Source of the DNA: Candidatus Dojkabacteria bacterium
GTDB taxonomy: Bacteria; Patescibacteriota; Dojkabacteria; SC72
Length of the DNA: 64,000 bases
Direction of reading: 5' to 3'
NCBI GenBank assembly: GCA_050950165.1
Contig: JBMNHC010000001.1
Coordinates: 124,673 to 188,672, forward strand
Shown here: piece after piece, positions 8,184-16,801 of the stretch
Position numbering within the stretch: position 1 is the first letter of the stretch
Layout: each line of letters opens with the position of its first letter
The notes under the pieces: generated by a model
The model's database searches: none
Told to the model about the DNA's origin: nothing
The model's input: the letters and a program-made list of their open reading frames with translations, nothing else
Program-made: the position numbers and the translations under genes

Positions 8184-10268
8184 TTACACTTTTAAGACAA
8201 TATCTTTCGTAATCAATATCTCTTTCTTAGCAAATACCTCGTTACCACCTTTAATATCCTCAACTATATAAGTAGGATCTAAAATCTCTACATAGTAACG
8301 ACCCTCACCAACAAAAAATCTGTATCTACCATGTGCATCTGTGACTCTCTTTGCAATAATCTTGTCAAACTCCGCCTCCCTTAAAGCAACAGATATGCCC
8401 TCTAAACGATTACCATCTGTATCTTTAACAATCCCATATATATCTCTACTAAAGAATATATTGCGTAATATTAGGAAGAAGGTTGGAACAAACAGAAGTA
8501 AAACAAGAAGAGATAGTGTGGATGGTTGACTGTAATATGTATAGAAAGCCAAAGTGATACCTACCAAGAACAACAGAACATGTAGCAAATGAACAAGAAA
8601 CTTTGTTCTCGTCCAAAATGCCTCTAACTTTATTCTTAACTCTGATACCTCTAGTGGATCCATAGGGATAGCGAAATTAATCTCAGTATCACTTTTAATA
8701 TCAAAAAAGTCTCCATGATATACATTAGTAATAGGGGGGTCCTCACTACCAAATACTACCTTAGAAGGAAAAACATACCTCGCTGCTCTCGCCTCTATCC
8801 TGTATCTACCATCCGTTAGTTTCGCAGTAAAGTACCCTTTACTATCCGTCACATCAGTCCAAACCATTCTATTCTCTTCCGTAAATATCCTAACTATCGC
8901 TTGAGATATCGGCTCTTTACTAACTGCATCATATACATACCCAACAGGCTTAGCACCCTTCCTAAACCCAAACAGAGAAAGAATATTTAGTAGGAACTGT
9001 AAAAGAAAATATGGCATAGATGCTAAAGTACCAGCTGCAACTACAACAGCAGAAGTAGCCGTCACAACAGACGTAGCAGTTGTAACTCTCTCTAAATCCT
9101 TTGCATCTAACTTCCCAACGGTATCATCTAAAATAACGGTAATATCATCAATAACTTTCTCTACCCTATCAATAATTGAAGGCACAGGCGGTACTGGAGG
9201 AGTTGGCTTATCAGGAGGCCTTACTTCCTCTACAGGAATAACTAAACTAATATCACAAAACCTAGTTAGATTACCTGCAGAATCAGTAGCCTCTACACAA
9301 AATTTGTACCTCTCTTTCAAGTAAGTATCAGATACCCTCTCCAAATCCCCTAACCTAATCTTTACCGTCATTAACTCTCCCTCCAAGTTATAATTGGTTG
9401 TACAAGTAACTAAACTCTGTTCTGAATTAAGACAGTAAAACTTCGCTTCATTAATCTGCAAGTTATCCTTTACCCTAATTAAAAATGTTAATTCATAATT
9501 ACTCTCCCAAGAAGTAGTAGTATTCTCACCAATATCTCCCATATCTAATACCTCTACCACAGGAGATTGAGCATCCTGTACACTGTAAACTACATTCGAC
9601 CAAGCACTAACCCCACCATATGCATTGTGAGCCCTAACTCTATAAAAATACATCTTCTCATTTTCCAAATTTGTAAAATTAAAAGATGTAGCAGATATCT
9701 GCGTTGCCTGTGCCTTCAACACACTAAAATCTGAATACTCACTAACCTGTACAGTATACTTGTAGTTAGGACCTAGGCTATCCCACATAACCATATTACT
9801 AAAATCCTTAGTATACTGAGGCTCTGCAAGCATGTTAGGAACAGGAACAGGAACTACATACAATGTCTTACAACTCTGAATAAAAATATCATATCCAAAA
9901 GTAGTATCCTTAGCACAAACAGTATATGTCCCTGGTACAGAAGCAGATACACTACCAGATGTTCTACCAGTAGCATCTGTTAATGACAAAGGCTGAACTA
10001 TATTCAAACCACTACCATATATCACTATCTGACGACCAGCAATTCCCACACCACCTGAAGAGAGAACCCTAACCTCAACAATAGCGGGCTGATATATCTC
10101 AACAGTATTAGGAGTAACTGTAACAGTGGAATACAAATCTACATTAATATTTGCAGAAACCACAACCGAGTTATTAGACGGATCTAAAGGCTGTGCAAAA
10201 GAAACAGATACTAAACCAGTAGTCGTTAGAAAAAGAAACAATATTATTAAGGCAGTTTTAATTTTCAT
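8184..10268 (-). CDS. Surface protein: signal peptide, Ig/FN3-like domains, Pro-rich linker, TM and carboxypeptidase-regulatory-like module
   Basis: N-terminal signal; TDATGRTS (Big-like); NLENEKMYFYRVRAHN (FN3); C-terminal module similar to that of the gene at 1-1790. Confidence 0.75.
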   Translation of the reverse strand: MKIKTALIILFLFLTTTGLVSVSFAQPLDPSNNSVVVSANINVDLYSTVTVTPNTVEIYQPAIVEVRVLSSGGVGIAGRQIVIYGSGLNIVQPLSLTDATGRTSGSVSASVPGTYTVCAKDTTFGYDIFIQSCKTLYVVPVPVPNMLAEPQYTKDFSNMVMWDSLGPNYKYTVQVSEYSDFSVLKAQATQISATSFNFTNLENEKMYFYRVRAHNAYGGVSAWSNVVYSVQDAQSPVVEVLDMGDIGENTTTSWESNYELTFLIRVKDNLQINEAKFYCLNSEQSLVTCTTNYNLEGELMTVKIRLGDLERVSDTYLKERYKFCVEATDSAGNLTRFCDISLVIPVEEVRPPDKPTPPVPPVPSIIDRVEKVIDDITVILDDTVGKLDAKDLERVTTATSVVTATSAVVVAAGTLASMPYFLLQFLLNILSLFGFRKGAKPVGYVYDAVSKEPISQAIVRIFTEENRMVWTDVTDSKGYFTAKLTDGRYRIEARAARYVFPSKVVFGSEDPPITNVYHGDFFDIKSDTEINFAIPMDPLEVSELRIKLEAFWTRTKFLVHLLHVLLFLVGITLAFYTYYSQPSTLSLLVLLLFVPTFFLILRNIFFSRDIYGIVKDTDGNRLEGISVALREAEFDKIIAKRVTDAHGRYRFFVGEGRYYVEILDPTYIVEDIKGGNEVFAKKEILITKDIVLKV

Positions 10269-10271
10269 CCT

Positions 10272-10886
10272 TTATATCCCCTCAATTACTTTTTTAACAT
10301 AATTATCCAAAACCTTAGTAAAAAATTCTTCACCATACGGATTACTCCCTAACTCTAAGCATTTTACACCTCTACTGTAGCAGTTTTTACACAGAAGGGC
10401 AAAGCGAGAAACATCAATATATCTCAACCCCTCTTTACTACCACACACTCTACACTCAGAGAAATCCTCCAAAAAACCCATCTCTTTCAAAAAAATAACC
10501 CTAAACCTGTTAGTAGACTCTAAATCAAAATCTCTCTCCAATACACTCCTTAACATATCAAAAACCTTCTCATTAGCATCATACTCTGCAAGCATACGAT
10601 TAAGCATATTCAACACCCTCTTCATATTCTCAACCCTTCCTTTCAACACATCCGTATTAGGAGCATATACCAATGAAGATTCAGTAAGAAGAGGCAAACC
10701 CTTACCCTCATAGAAAGATATCTCACTAATACACAAAGTCTGCATATTACCCCTATTCTTACTATTAATCTTTCTAATACTCTTTGCAAACAGAGCAAAC
10801 TTTCCCAAATTCCTACCAAAAACAGTCAACACCTTATCTGCCTCCGAGTAATTAACCGACTTTATTACAACAACTAAATCCTTCAT
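10272..10886 (-). CDS. recO: DNA repair protein RecO
   Basis: YSEADKVLTVF...GK...AKSIRK..SK and a C-terminal CxxC...CxxC zinc finger; start placed at MKDLVV. Confidence 0.88.
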   Translation of the reverse strand: MKDLVVVIKSVNYSEADKVLTVFGRNLGKFALFAKSIRKINSKNRGNMQTLCISEISFYEGKGLPLLTESSLVYAPNTDVLKGRVENMKRVLNMLNRMLAEYDANEKVFDMLRSVLERDFDLESTNRFRVIFLKEMGFLEDFSECRVCGSKEGLRYIDVSRFALLCKNCYSRGVKCLELGSNPYGEEFFTKVLDNYVKKVIEGI

Positions 10887-10905
10887 TAAAGTATAATAAT
10901 AGATA

Positions 10906-11535
10906 TTAAAAACCTCTCTTCTCAACACCCTTTCTTGTAATAACTACCCAAGGAGTCTTAAGAAGAATATATACCTCATTAAGTATACTAGGATTCTTTG
11001 CAAAATGACTCTCCATTACTAACCTCTTCCTAAAAGGAATACTGTTTCTACCAGACACCTGCCATACCCCCGTTATACCAGGCTTAACCTTAAAAATATC
11101 CTCCATATATCTGCTATCCGATGGATATAACTTAAAGTGTCGCTCAAGCTCACTACTGTAATATGGCCTAGGACCTACCAAACTCATCTGCCCCAACACC
11201 ACATTAATTAACTGAGGAAGCTCATCCAAATCTGTATTTCTCAATACCCTGCCAATCCTTGTCACTCTAAAATCATTCTCTAATTTATGACTCCTAACAA
11301 ACTCCCCATCAGTAACTAACATATCATGAGCATTAGGAACCATAGTTCTAAACTTGTACATAAAAAACTCCTTACCACCCAACCCACACCTAACAGGAGT
11401 ACCTACAAACACCTCTCCACCATCAGAAAACTTAATTAGAAGAGCAATAGCTAACATTAAAGGAGAAAACAAAATCCAAAGGACAGTAGCAATAACAAAA
11501 TCCATTATCCTTTTAACAACTCTGTACAACATCAT
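10906..11535 (-). CDS. Polyprenyl-phosphate sugar phosphotransferase (bacterial sugar transferase family)
   Basis: KRIMD, KFRTM, DELPQLINV..GQMSLVGPRP and KPGITG.WQVSGR. Confidence 0.92.
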   Translation of the reverse strand: MMLYRVVKRIMDFVIATVLWILFSPLMLAIALLIKFSDGGEVFVGTPVRCGLGGKEFFMYKFRTMVPNAHDMLVTDGEFVRSHKLENDFRVTRIGRVLRNTDLDELPQLINVVLGQMSLVGPRPYYSSELERHFKLYPSDSRYMEDIFKVKPGITGVWQVSGRNSIPFRKRLVMESHFAKNPSILNEVYILLKTPWVVITRKGVEKRGF

Positions 11536-12694
11536 CTACATACCTTTGTAGTTTATAGATAAAAATCTCAACTGCAAAATTGTTAGACTGCTTCCTACAA
11601 TTATCTGCCTTGTACTTCCTACTATCAAAATTCTTAAGAACCTTTGCTAAAGACTGATACGTATACTTATCAAAAAATTCACCACTCTTAGGATTAATAT
11701 CAGATATACTCTCCACTACACCACCACCTCGATAAGCAATAACTGGAGTACCAGCAGCATTAGCCTCTACAGGAACAATACCGAAATCCTCCCCCTTAAC
11801 AGGAAATATTAACGCCTTTGCCTTAGAAAGCAGATCCAATTTCTCCTCCTCAGAAACAAAACCTAGAAACTTAACATACCCCTTCGCATTTAACTCCTTA
11901 ACTAACTCTTTCATCCTTTCCAAATCATCTCCAATACCAGCAACCTTCAAAGATACCCTAGCACTATGTGCTGCCCTAATGGCAAGCTCTACACCCTTGT
12001 AGGTCTCTACCCTACCCAAATAGAGAAACCAATTCTCTTTTTTGTTAATCTTAGTTACCTCCTGTATAGCCTTAACCTCTACTGGAGGATAGATTACATC
12101 ACTCTCTCTCTTGTAATATTTCTTAATCCTCTTCTGTACAACCTTAGAGATAGCAATCATTTTGTCTATCCTCTGTGCTGCTCTCCTATCCAACCACCTC
12201 CATATATCCTCCACAAAAGTATTCATAAAAAGAGAGTAAATAGAATACAACACCCTGTTTATACCACCCAACCTTTTACCATCCTTTAATGATCTACCTT
12301 CCTTCTCCCAAAGAAATTTAGGAGGAGACATACAGATATTTACATGAGGAATCTTACCATTAGCATATTTAGCAAAAGCTATAGAAAGAGAAAGAATTAC
12401 ATCAAAGTCATTAAATCTAAACAACCTATACGCAAGAGGCTGAAATAGATTTAGAAAATATCTAAACTTAAACTTACCAGGAATATATTGCATAAAAGAA
12501 GTCCTTACCTCAATATCAGGAAAATACCTCTTAACAAAATCCCTATCACAAAAAGCAGTAAAAAGAACACTACCAGGAAACGCCTTAAGCATATCACTCA
12601 AGTGCTTCTCAGCACCACCATATTTGTATAAAGGATCAGCAACTACTGCCACCCTGTATTTACGACTCTCGTTTCTCTCTTTCATAAACCTCAT
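11513..12694 (-). CDS. Glycosyltransferase family 4
   Basis: GGAE, YPPV and EDFGIVPVEA motifs. Confidence 0.9.
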   Translation of the reverse strand: MRFMKERNESRKYRVAVVADPLYKYGGAEKHLSDMLKAFPGSVLFTAFCDRDFVKRYFPDIEVRTSFMQYIPGKFKFRYFLNLFQPLAYRLFRFNDFDVILSLSIAFAKYANGKIPHVNICMSPPKFLWEKEGRSLKDGKRLGGINRVLYSIYSLFMNTFVEDIWRWLDRRAAQRIDKMIAISKVVQKRIKKYYKRESDVIYPPVEVKAIQEVTKINKKENWFLYLGRVETYKGVELAIRAAHSARVSLKVAGIGDDLERMKELVKELNAKGYVKFLGFVSEEEKLDLLSKAKALIFPVKGEDFGIVPVEANAAGTPVIAYRGGGVVESISDINPKSGEFFDKYTYQSLAKVLKNFDSRKYKADNCRKQSNNFAVEIFIYKLQRYVDDVVQSC

Positions 12695-13811
12695 TAATAA
12701 ATTTCTCTAGATTAATTAAAAACCTCTCCTCACTAAATACCCTTGCCCCCTTAACAATCTCTCTAGGATTATACATCCTCTTACTAAATTTCTTAAGTAA
12801 AGAAACCAACTCTTTTTCACTACTAAAAAACTCCCCAGAAACACCACCCTTAACAGTCTCTAAAACACCACCCTCACCATATGCAAAAACAGGAGCTCCC
12901 TGTGCCATAGCCTCAACAGGAACTAATCCAAAATCCTCTACACCACAAAAAAGCAACAGATCTGCCATACTGTAAAACACCCTTACCTCAGCATCATCCT
13001 CAAGAAAACCTAAAAACCTAATCAACGGATTACCATTAGCAACCCCCTCCAAATATTTCAAATCAGGACCCTCTCCAATAACTAATAATTGACGATTAGT
13101 AGCAATAGCGGCACGTATAGCCCAATCTACCCTCTTGTAATCATACAAACGAGACACAACAAGAACAAAATCACCCTCCACACCATACCTCTCTCTAACC
13201 TCTCTCTTTCTACTCTCAGACACACTCTCAAAACTCTCTTCTAGAACACCAGGGTATAAAACAGTAGCATCTACCCCATATCTTTTCTTAATCTTTTCAG
13301 CAATATATTTAGAATTAGCTGTCCAGTAATCTACACGCTTAGATATACTTAAATCCCACATACGCATATATGTATTCAAAACAGTAGAAAGAGGCTTGTA
13401 TATCCTCTTAAACCTAGACGCCCTAATATTCATCTCATTGTCCCAAAGACTCCTAGGAGGAGTCATTACCATAGCAATATGAGGCTGATTAATACCAGTA
13501 ATCACACCCTTTGCTGGACCAGCAGATATACTAATTACTAAATCATACCCTCTCAAATCAAAACTCTCATACGCAAAAGGTGTTAAAACTTTAAAGTGTC
13601 TATAAAAACTTCTTACCTTAGGAATCCTCTGTACAAAACTAGTAAAAACCCTCTGCTTTAGCATAGGATATTTTTTAGAATCAAAAAACATCGTAAAAAT
13701 ATCAGCCTTAGGAAAAAGTTTTAACATTGAAAACATCTCTCTATCAGCACCACCAAACGCAACCATCTGATCTGCAACAATAGCAACCCTCTTGAAATAT
13801 TCCCTCTGCAT
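12660..13811 (-). CDS. Glycosyltransferase family 4
   Basis: GGADR, SRL..YKRVD and EDFGLVPVEAMA; paralog of the downstream GT4. Confidence 0.9.
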   Translation of the reverse strand: MQREYFKRVAIVADQMVAFGGADREMFSMLKLFPKADIFTMFFDSKKYPMLKQRVFTSFVQRIPKVRSFYRHFKVLTPFAYESFDLRGYDLVISISAGPAKGVITGINQPHIAMVMTPPRSLWDNEMNIRASRFKRIYKPLSTVLNTYMRMWDLSISKRVDYWTANSKYIAEKIKKRYGVDATVLYPGVLEESFESVSESRKREVRERYGVEGDFVLVVSRLYDYKRVDWAIRAAIATNRQLLVIGEGPDLKYLEGVANGNPLIRFLGFLEDDAEVRVFYSMADLLLFCGVEDFGLVPVEAMAQGAPVFAYGEGGVLETVKGGVSGEFFSSEKELVSLLKKFSKRMYNPREIVKGARVFSEERFLINLEKFINEVYEREKRES

Positions 13812-14290
13812 TAAAGCTCTGGAAGACCATCTTCCCCTAACTCATCCACTAGTGGAAAATCGTCATCCTCTTCCTTATCTAATTCTGCAACGATATCATC
13901 TAGATCAACTAGACCCTCTGGGGCAGAAGAGGTACTCTTTTCTTCATCATCTGGATAAATCTCTCCTAACGAATCAATACCATCATCAACAACAGCTCCA
14001 TCATCTAATGACTCTTCATCACTAAGAACAATAACATTAGGTCTCTCATCATCCTCAACACTACTAGACTCTTCTTTTACTACACTCTTTTTCTCCTCTA
14101 TCTTCCTCAGAAACTCCTCAGCCTCTTCTCCAAACTTCTCAACAACATCAATTACTCTCATTGGTTTAGAACAATCTCCACAAAGCTCAATATGTTCTGT
14201 TTCCTCACCACAATCAGGACAAGAGAAGAAAACCACATGTACACTTTGTCTTGGAATCACAACCTTCTTTGTATTTTCTCTGTTCGCCAT
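13811..14290 (-). CDS. Hypothetical protein: zinc ribbon plus very acidic tail
   Basis: CPDC...CGDC; D/E-rich C-terminal half; stop codon overlaps the next start. Confidence 0.7.
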   Translation of the reverse strand: MANRENTKKVVIPRQSVHVVFFSCPDCGEETEHIELCGDCSKPMRVIDVVEKFGEEAEEFLRKIEEKKSVVKEESSSVEDDERPNVIVLSDEESLDDGAVVDDGIDSLGEIYPDDEEKSTSSAPEGLVDLDDIVAELDKEEDDDFPLVDELGEDGLPEL

Positions 14291-14523
14291 AATTATTAAC
14301 CGATAACTGATTACAGTAATCTAGAATAGTACAATTGATGGATATAGGTCAAGAATCCCATAATAATAGCTATTCAAACTTAAAGTAATAACACCACTCA
14401 TACTCTCTACCTTTACCCCTTCTTTACACCCTTTCTAATATATTTCTTTAAAAAGAAAAACACTTCACAAAAAAGAAATTTTTATGATACTATTTACTGT
14501 AATTAATTTTGTATAAAGAATAA

Positions 14524-15204
14524 ATGAAGAATTTTAATAAAGTCTTCTGGGGAATAGCTTTAATTGCTATCGGAGTAATATATGGCCTTAAAACATTAGA
14601 AATTGTCAACATTAATATTTTCTTTAACGGATGGTGGACACTATTTATCATTATCCCTGGCTTAGTAGGCTTAATAAAAGGAAAAGATATAACTGGTAAC
14701 CTAATAGTTATACTAATTGGATTCTCCATATTACTTCTTGCACAAGGACTTATCTCCTTTGACAAACTAAGCCGTTTAATCATCCCCATTATCCTCGTTA
14801 CTACTGGTCTCATTGTACTGTTCAAAAACAAAGACAATACTACAACAACTAAAAAGATTAAAGAAATTAATAAAGATGGAAAACCTTTAGAATATTTCTC
14901 AACCTTCAGTGGTCAAAAGATTGTTTTAGAAGAAGAAGTAAAAAATTTAGAACTAAGTGCTATCTTCGGAGGAATTACCTGTGATTTAAGAAATGCCATT
15001 ATCAAAGAAGATGTTGCAATGGATACAACAGCAATATTTGGAGGTATAGATATATTAGTTCCAGATGACGTAAACGTTAAAGTAGTACAAACAGCTATGT
15101 TTGGTGGTGTGGATAATAAGAGAGAAGGTAAAAAAGAAGATAAAAGTAAAAAAACAATATATATAAATTCAACATGTATATTTGGAGGAGTAGAAATAAA
15201 ATGA
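14524..15204 (+). CDS. LiaF-like cell-envelope stress membrane protein
   Basis: Four TM helices with GWWTLFIIIPG, followed by AIFGG...DLRNA...FGGV repeats. Confidence 0.8.
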   Translation: MKNFNKVFWGIALIAIGVIYGLKTLEIVNINIFFNGWWTLFIIIPGLVGLIKGKDITGNLIVILIGFSILLLAQGLISFDKLSRLIIPIILVTTGLIVLFKNKDNTTTTKKIKEINKDGKPLEYFSTFSGQKIVLEEEVKNLELSAIFGGITCDLRNAIIKEDVAMDTTAIFGGIDILVPDDVNVKVVQTAMFGGVDNKREGKKEDKSKKTIYINSTCIFGGVEIK

Positions 15205-16016
15205 AAACCTTTCAAACAATAATAAAATACACTGCTCTTGTATTTGCAATTACTTTGATTGTAGTAATATTTAAGTTAACAATAGATAGCTTACTCTTTG
15301 TTGGTAATCTTTTTGATAAAAACCCAAGAGTAGAATCTTTAGTTGAGAGAGAGATTACCTTTGACTTTAATGACTACAAGAACTTAGACATCCAAACTAT
15401 GGCAAGTAGATTAACTCTAAAAACAGGAGATCGCTTCTCTGTAACTACTAACAACAAAGATATAACAGTACAGGAGAGTAAAGATACAATTATTATTAAT
15501 GATAACAATAGAGAAAGCATCTACTTCTATAACGAAAATTTGGAGTTAATCGTTGTTCTACCTACTAACACAACATTAGATTCAATTAGAATAGATACAG
15601 GTGCAGGAAAGATGTTAATTGAGGAATTAAATTGCAAAAATGCAACAATTAATCTAGGTGCAGGTGGATTAGAAGTAAATAAAATAGATGTTACTAACGA
15701 AATTAAAATATCTGGAGGTATAGGTAAAATAACTATTCATCATGGAAGTCTTAATAACCTAGAAGCAGATTTGGGAGTTGGGAAATTAAGTGCAATACTC
15801 TCTCTAACAGGAAAAAACAATATTAACACAGGTATAGGAGGATTAGATTTAGAACTTTTAGATAGCTCTACTAACTATACTTTTAACATCGAAAAAGGCA
15901 TAGGTGATATTGAACTTAACGAAGATAGTATACAAACAGGAGCATATGGAAATGGTTTACATACAGTTGATATATCTGGTGGTATAGGGGAGATAGAGAT
16001 AACTACACTAGATTAA
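15201..16016 (+). CDS. DUF4097-family beta-repeat protein
   Basis: N-terminal TM; repeated GAG/GIG/GVG strands; ATGA overlap with the upstream gene and GGAGG upstream. Confidence 0.75.
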   Translation: MKTFQTIIKYTALVFAITLIVVIFKLTIDSLLFVGNLFDKNPRVESLVEREITFDFNDYKNLDIQTMASRLTLKTGDRFSVTTNNKDITVQESKDTIIINDNNRESIYFYNENLELIVVLPTNTTLDSIRIDTGAGKMLIEELNCKNATINLGAGGLEVNKIDVTNEIKISGGIGKITIHHGSLNNLEADLGVGKLSAILSLTGKNNINTGIGGLDLELLDSSTNYTFNIEKGIGDIELNEDSIQTGAYGNGLHTVDISGGIGEIEITTLD

Positions 16017-16019
16017 TTA

Positions 16020-16760
16020 CTACCTTCTACACTTACGAACTTTTGTGGCAACTTTCTTATTATATGGCCATGTTTTAATTACTCTATCTACTAAATCCTC
16101 ATCACTAAATGTTATTTCATTCTTGTTTAATAATTTTAATGGCTTACGCAATGCATATGCCACTCCTAAATCAAATACACTTCCGACACTCGATTGATCA
16201 TAATATATGTCAACTTCCTCAGACGTAGCAACTGCCTCAGCATTCTGTTTACATATGGCATATCCACCAAACAAATCTACTTGTCTTGTATGAAGATGTG
16301 GAGCATGAATGATATATCCTTCTTTGTACTTTTCACTAACAAACCTCTCTATCCATTTTCTTTGCTCTTCTGTTGCATTCCTTACTGGACATATTAAAAA
16401 TATTTTATTATCTATTGGGGTATTAACTATTTTATTTAACTTTATACCTATACGCTTAACATTCTCAATTCTTCCATCCATTTCAGTTCTAACATCTGAA
16501 TAGTCTAATAATGGGAATGTCTCATCACCAATTTTACTCCATACATATGGCATCATAGTAAATGATTTACTATTTTCTTCAAAATCCAAATCTCTCTCAT
16601 TTATAATTTTTATCTTTACTCCATTTACAAACAGCATTCCTAAAATAAATAAACATTCCTTATTACTTGGCTCAAGTATTATTTCTGCTTCCTCACAGCA
16701 TTCAATCTTTTCTAGCTCCTCATCTATATTCAAATTGTCGTATTTTAAGTATCTTAACAT
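16020..16760 (-). CDS. Protein with C-terminal nucleoside 2-deoxyribosyltransferase/N-glycosidase-like domain
   Basis: KIFLICPVR...HAP...S.GSVFDLGVAYALRKP resembles the NDT/Rcl fold signature; AAGGAGG ribosome-binding site. Confidence 0.6.
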   Translation of the reverse strand: MLRYLKYDNLNIDEELEKIECCEEAEIILEPSNKECLFILGMLFVNGVKIKIINERDLDFEENSKSFTMMPYVWSKIGDETFPLLDYSDVRTEMDGRIENVKRIGIKLNKIVNTPIDNKIFLICPVRNATEEQRKWIERFVSEKYKEGYIIHAPHLHTRQVDLFGGYAICKQNAEAVATSEEVDIYYDQSSVGSVFDLGVAYALRKPLKLLNKNEITFSDEDLVDRVIKTWPYNKKVATKVRKCRR

Positions 16761-16801
16761 CAAAAACCCTCCTTAAACTCTATCATCATTTTATTAAAAA
16801 T

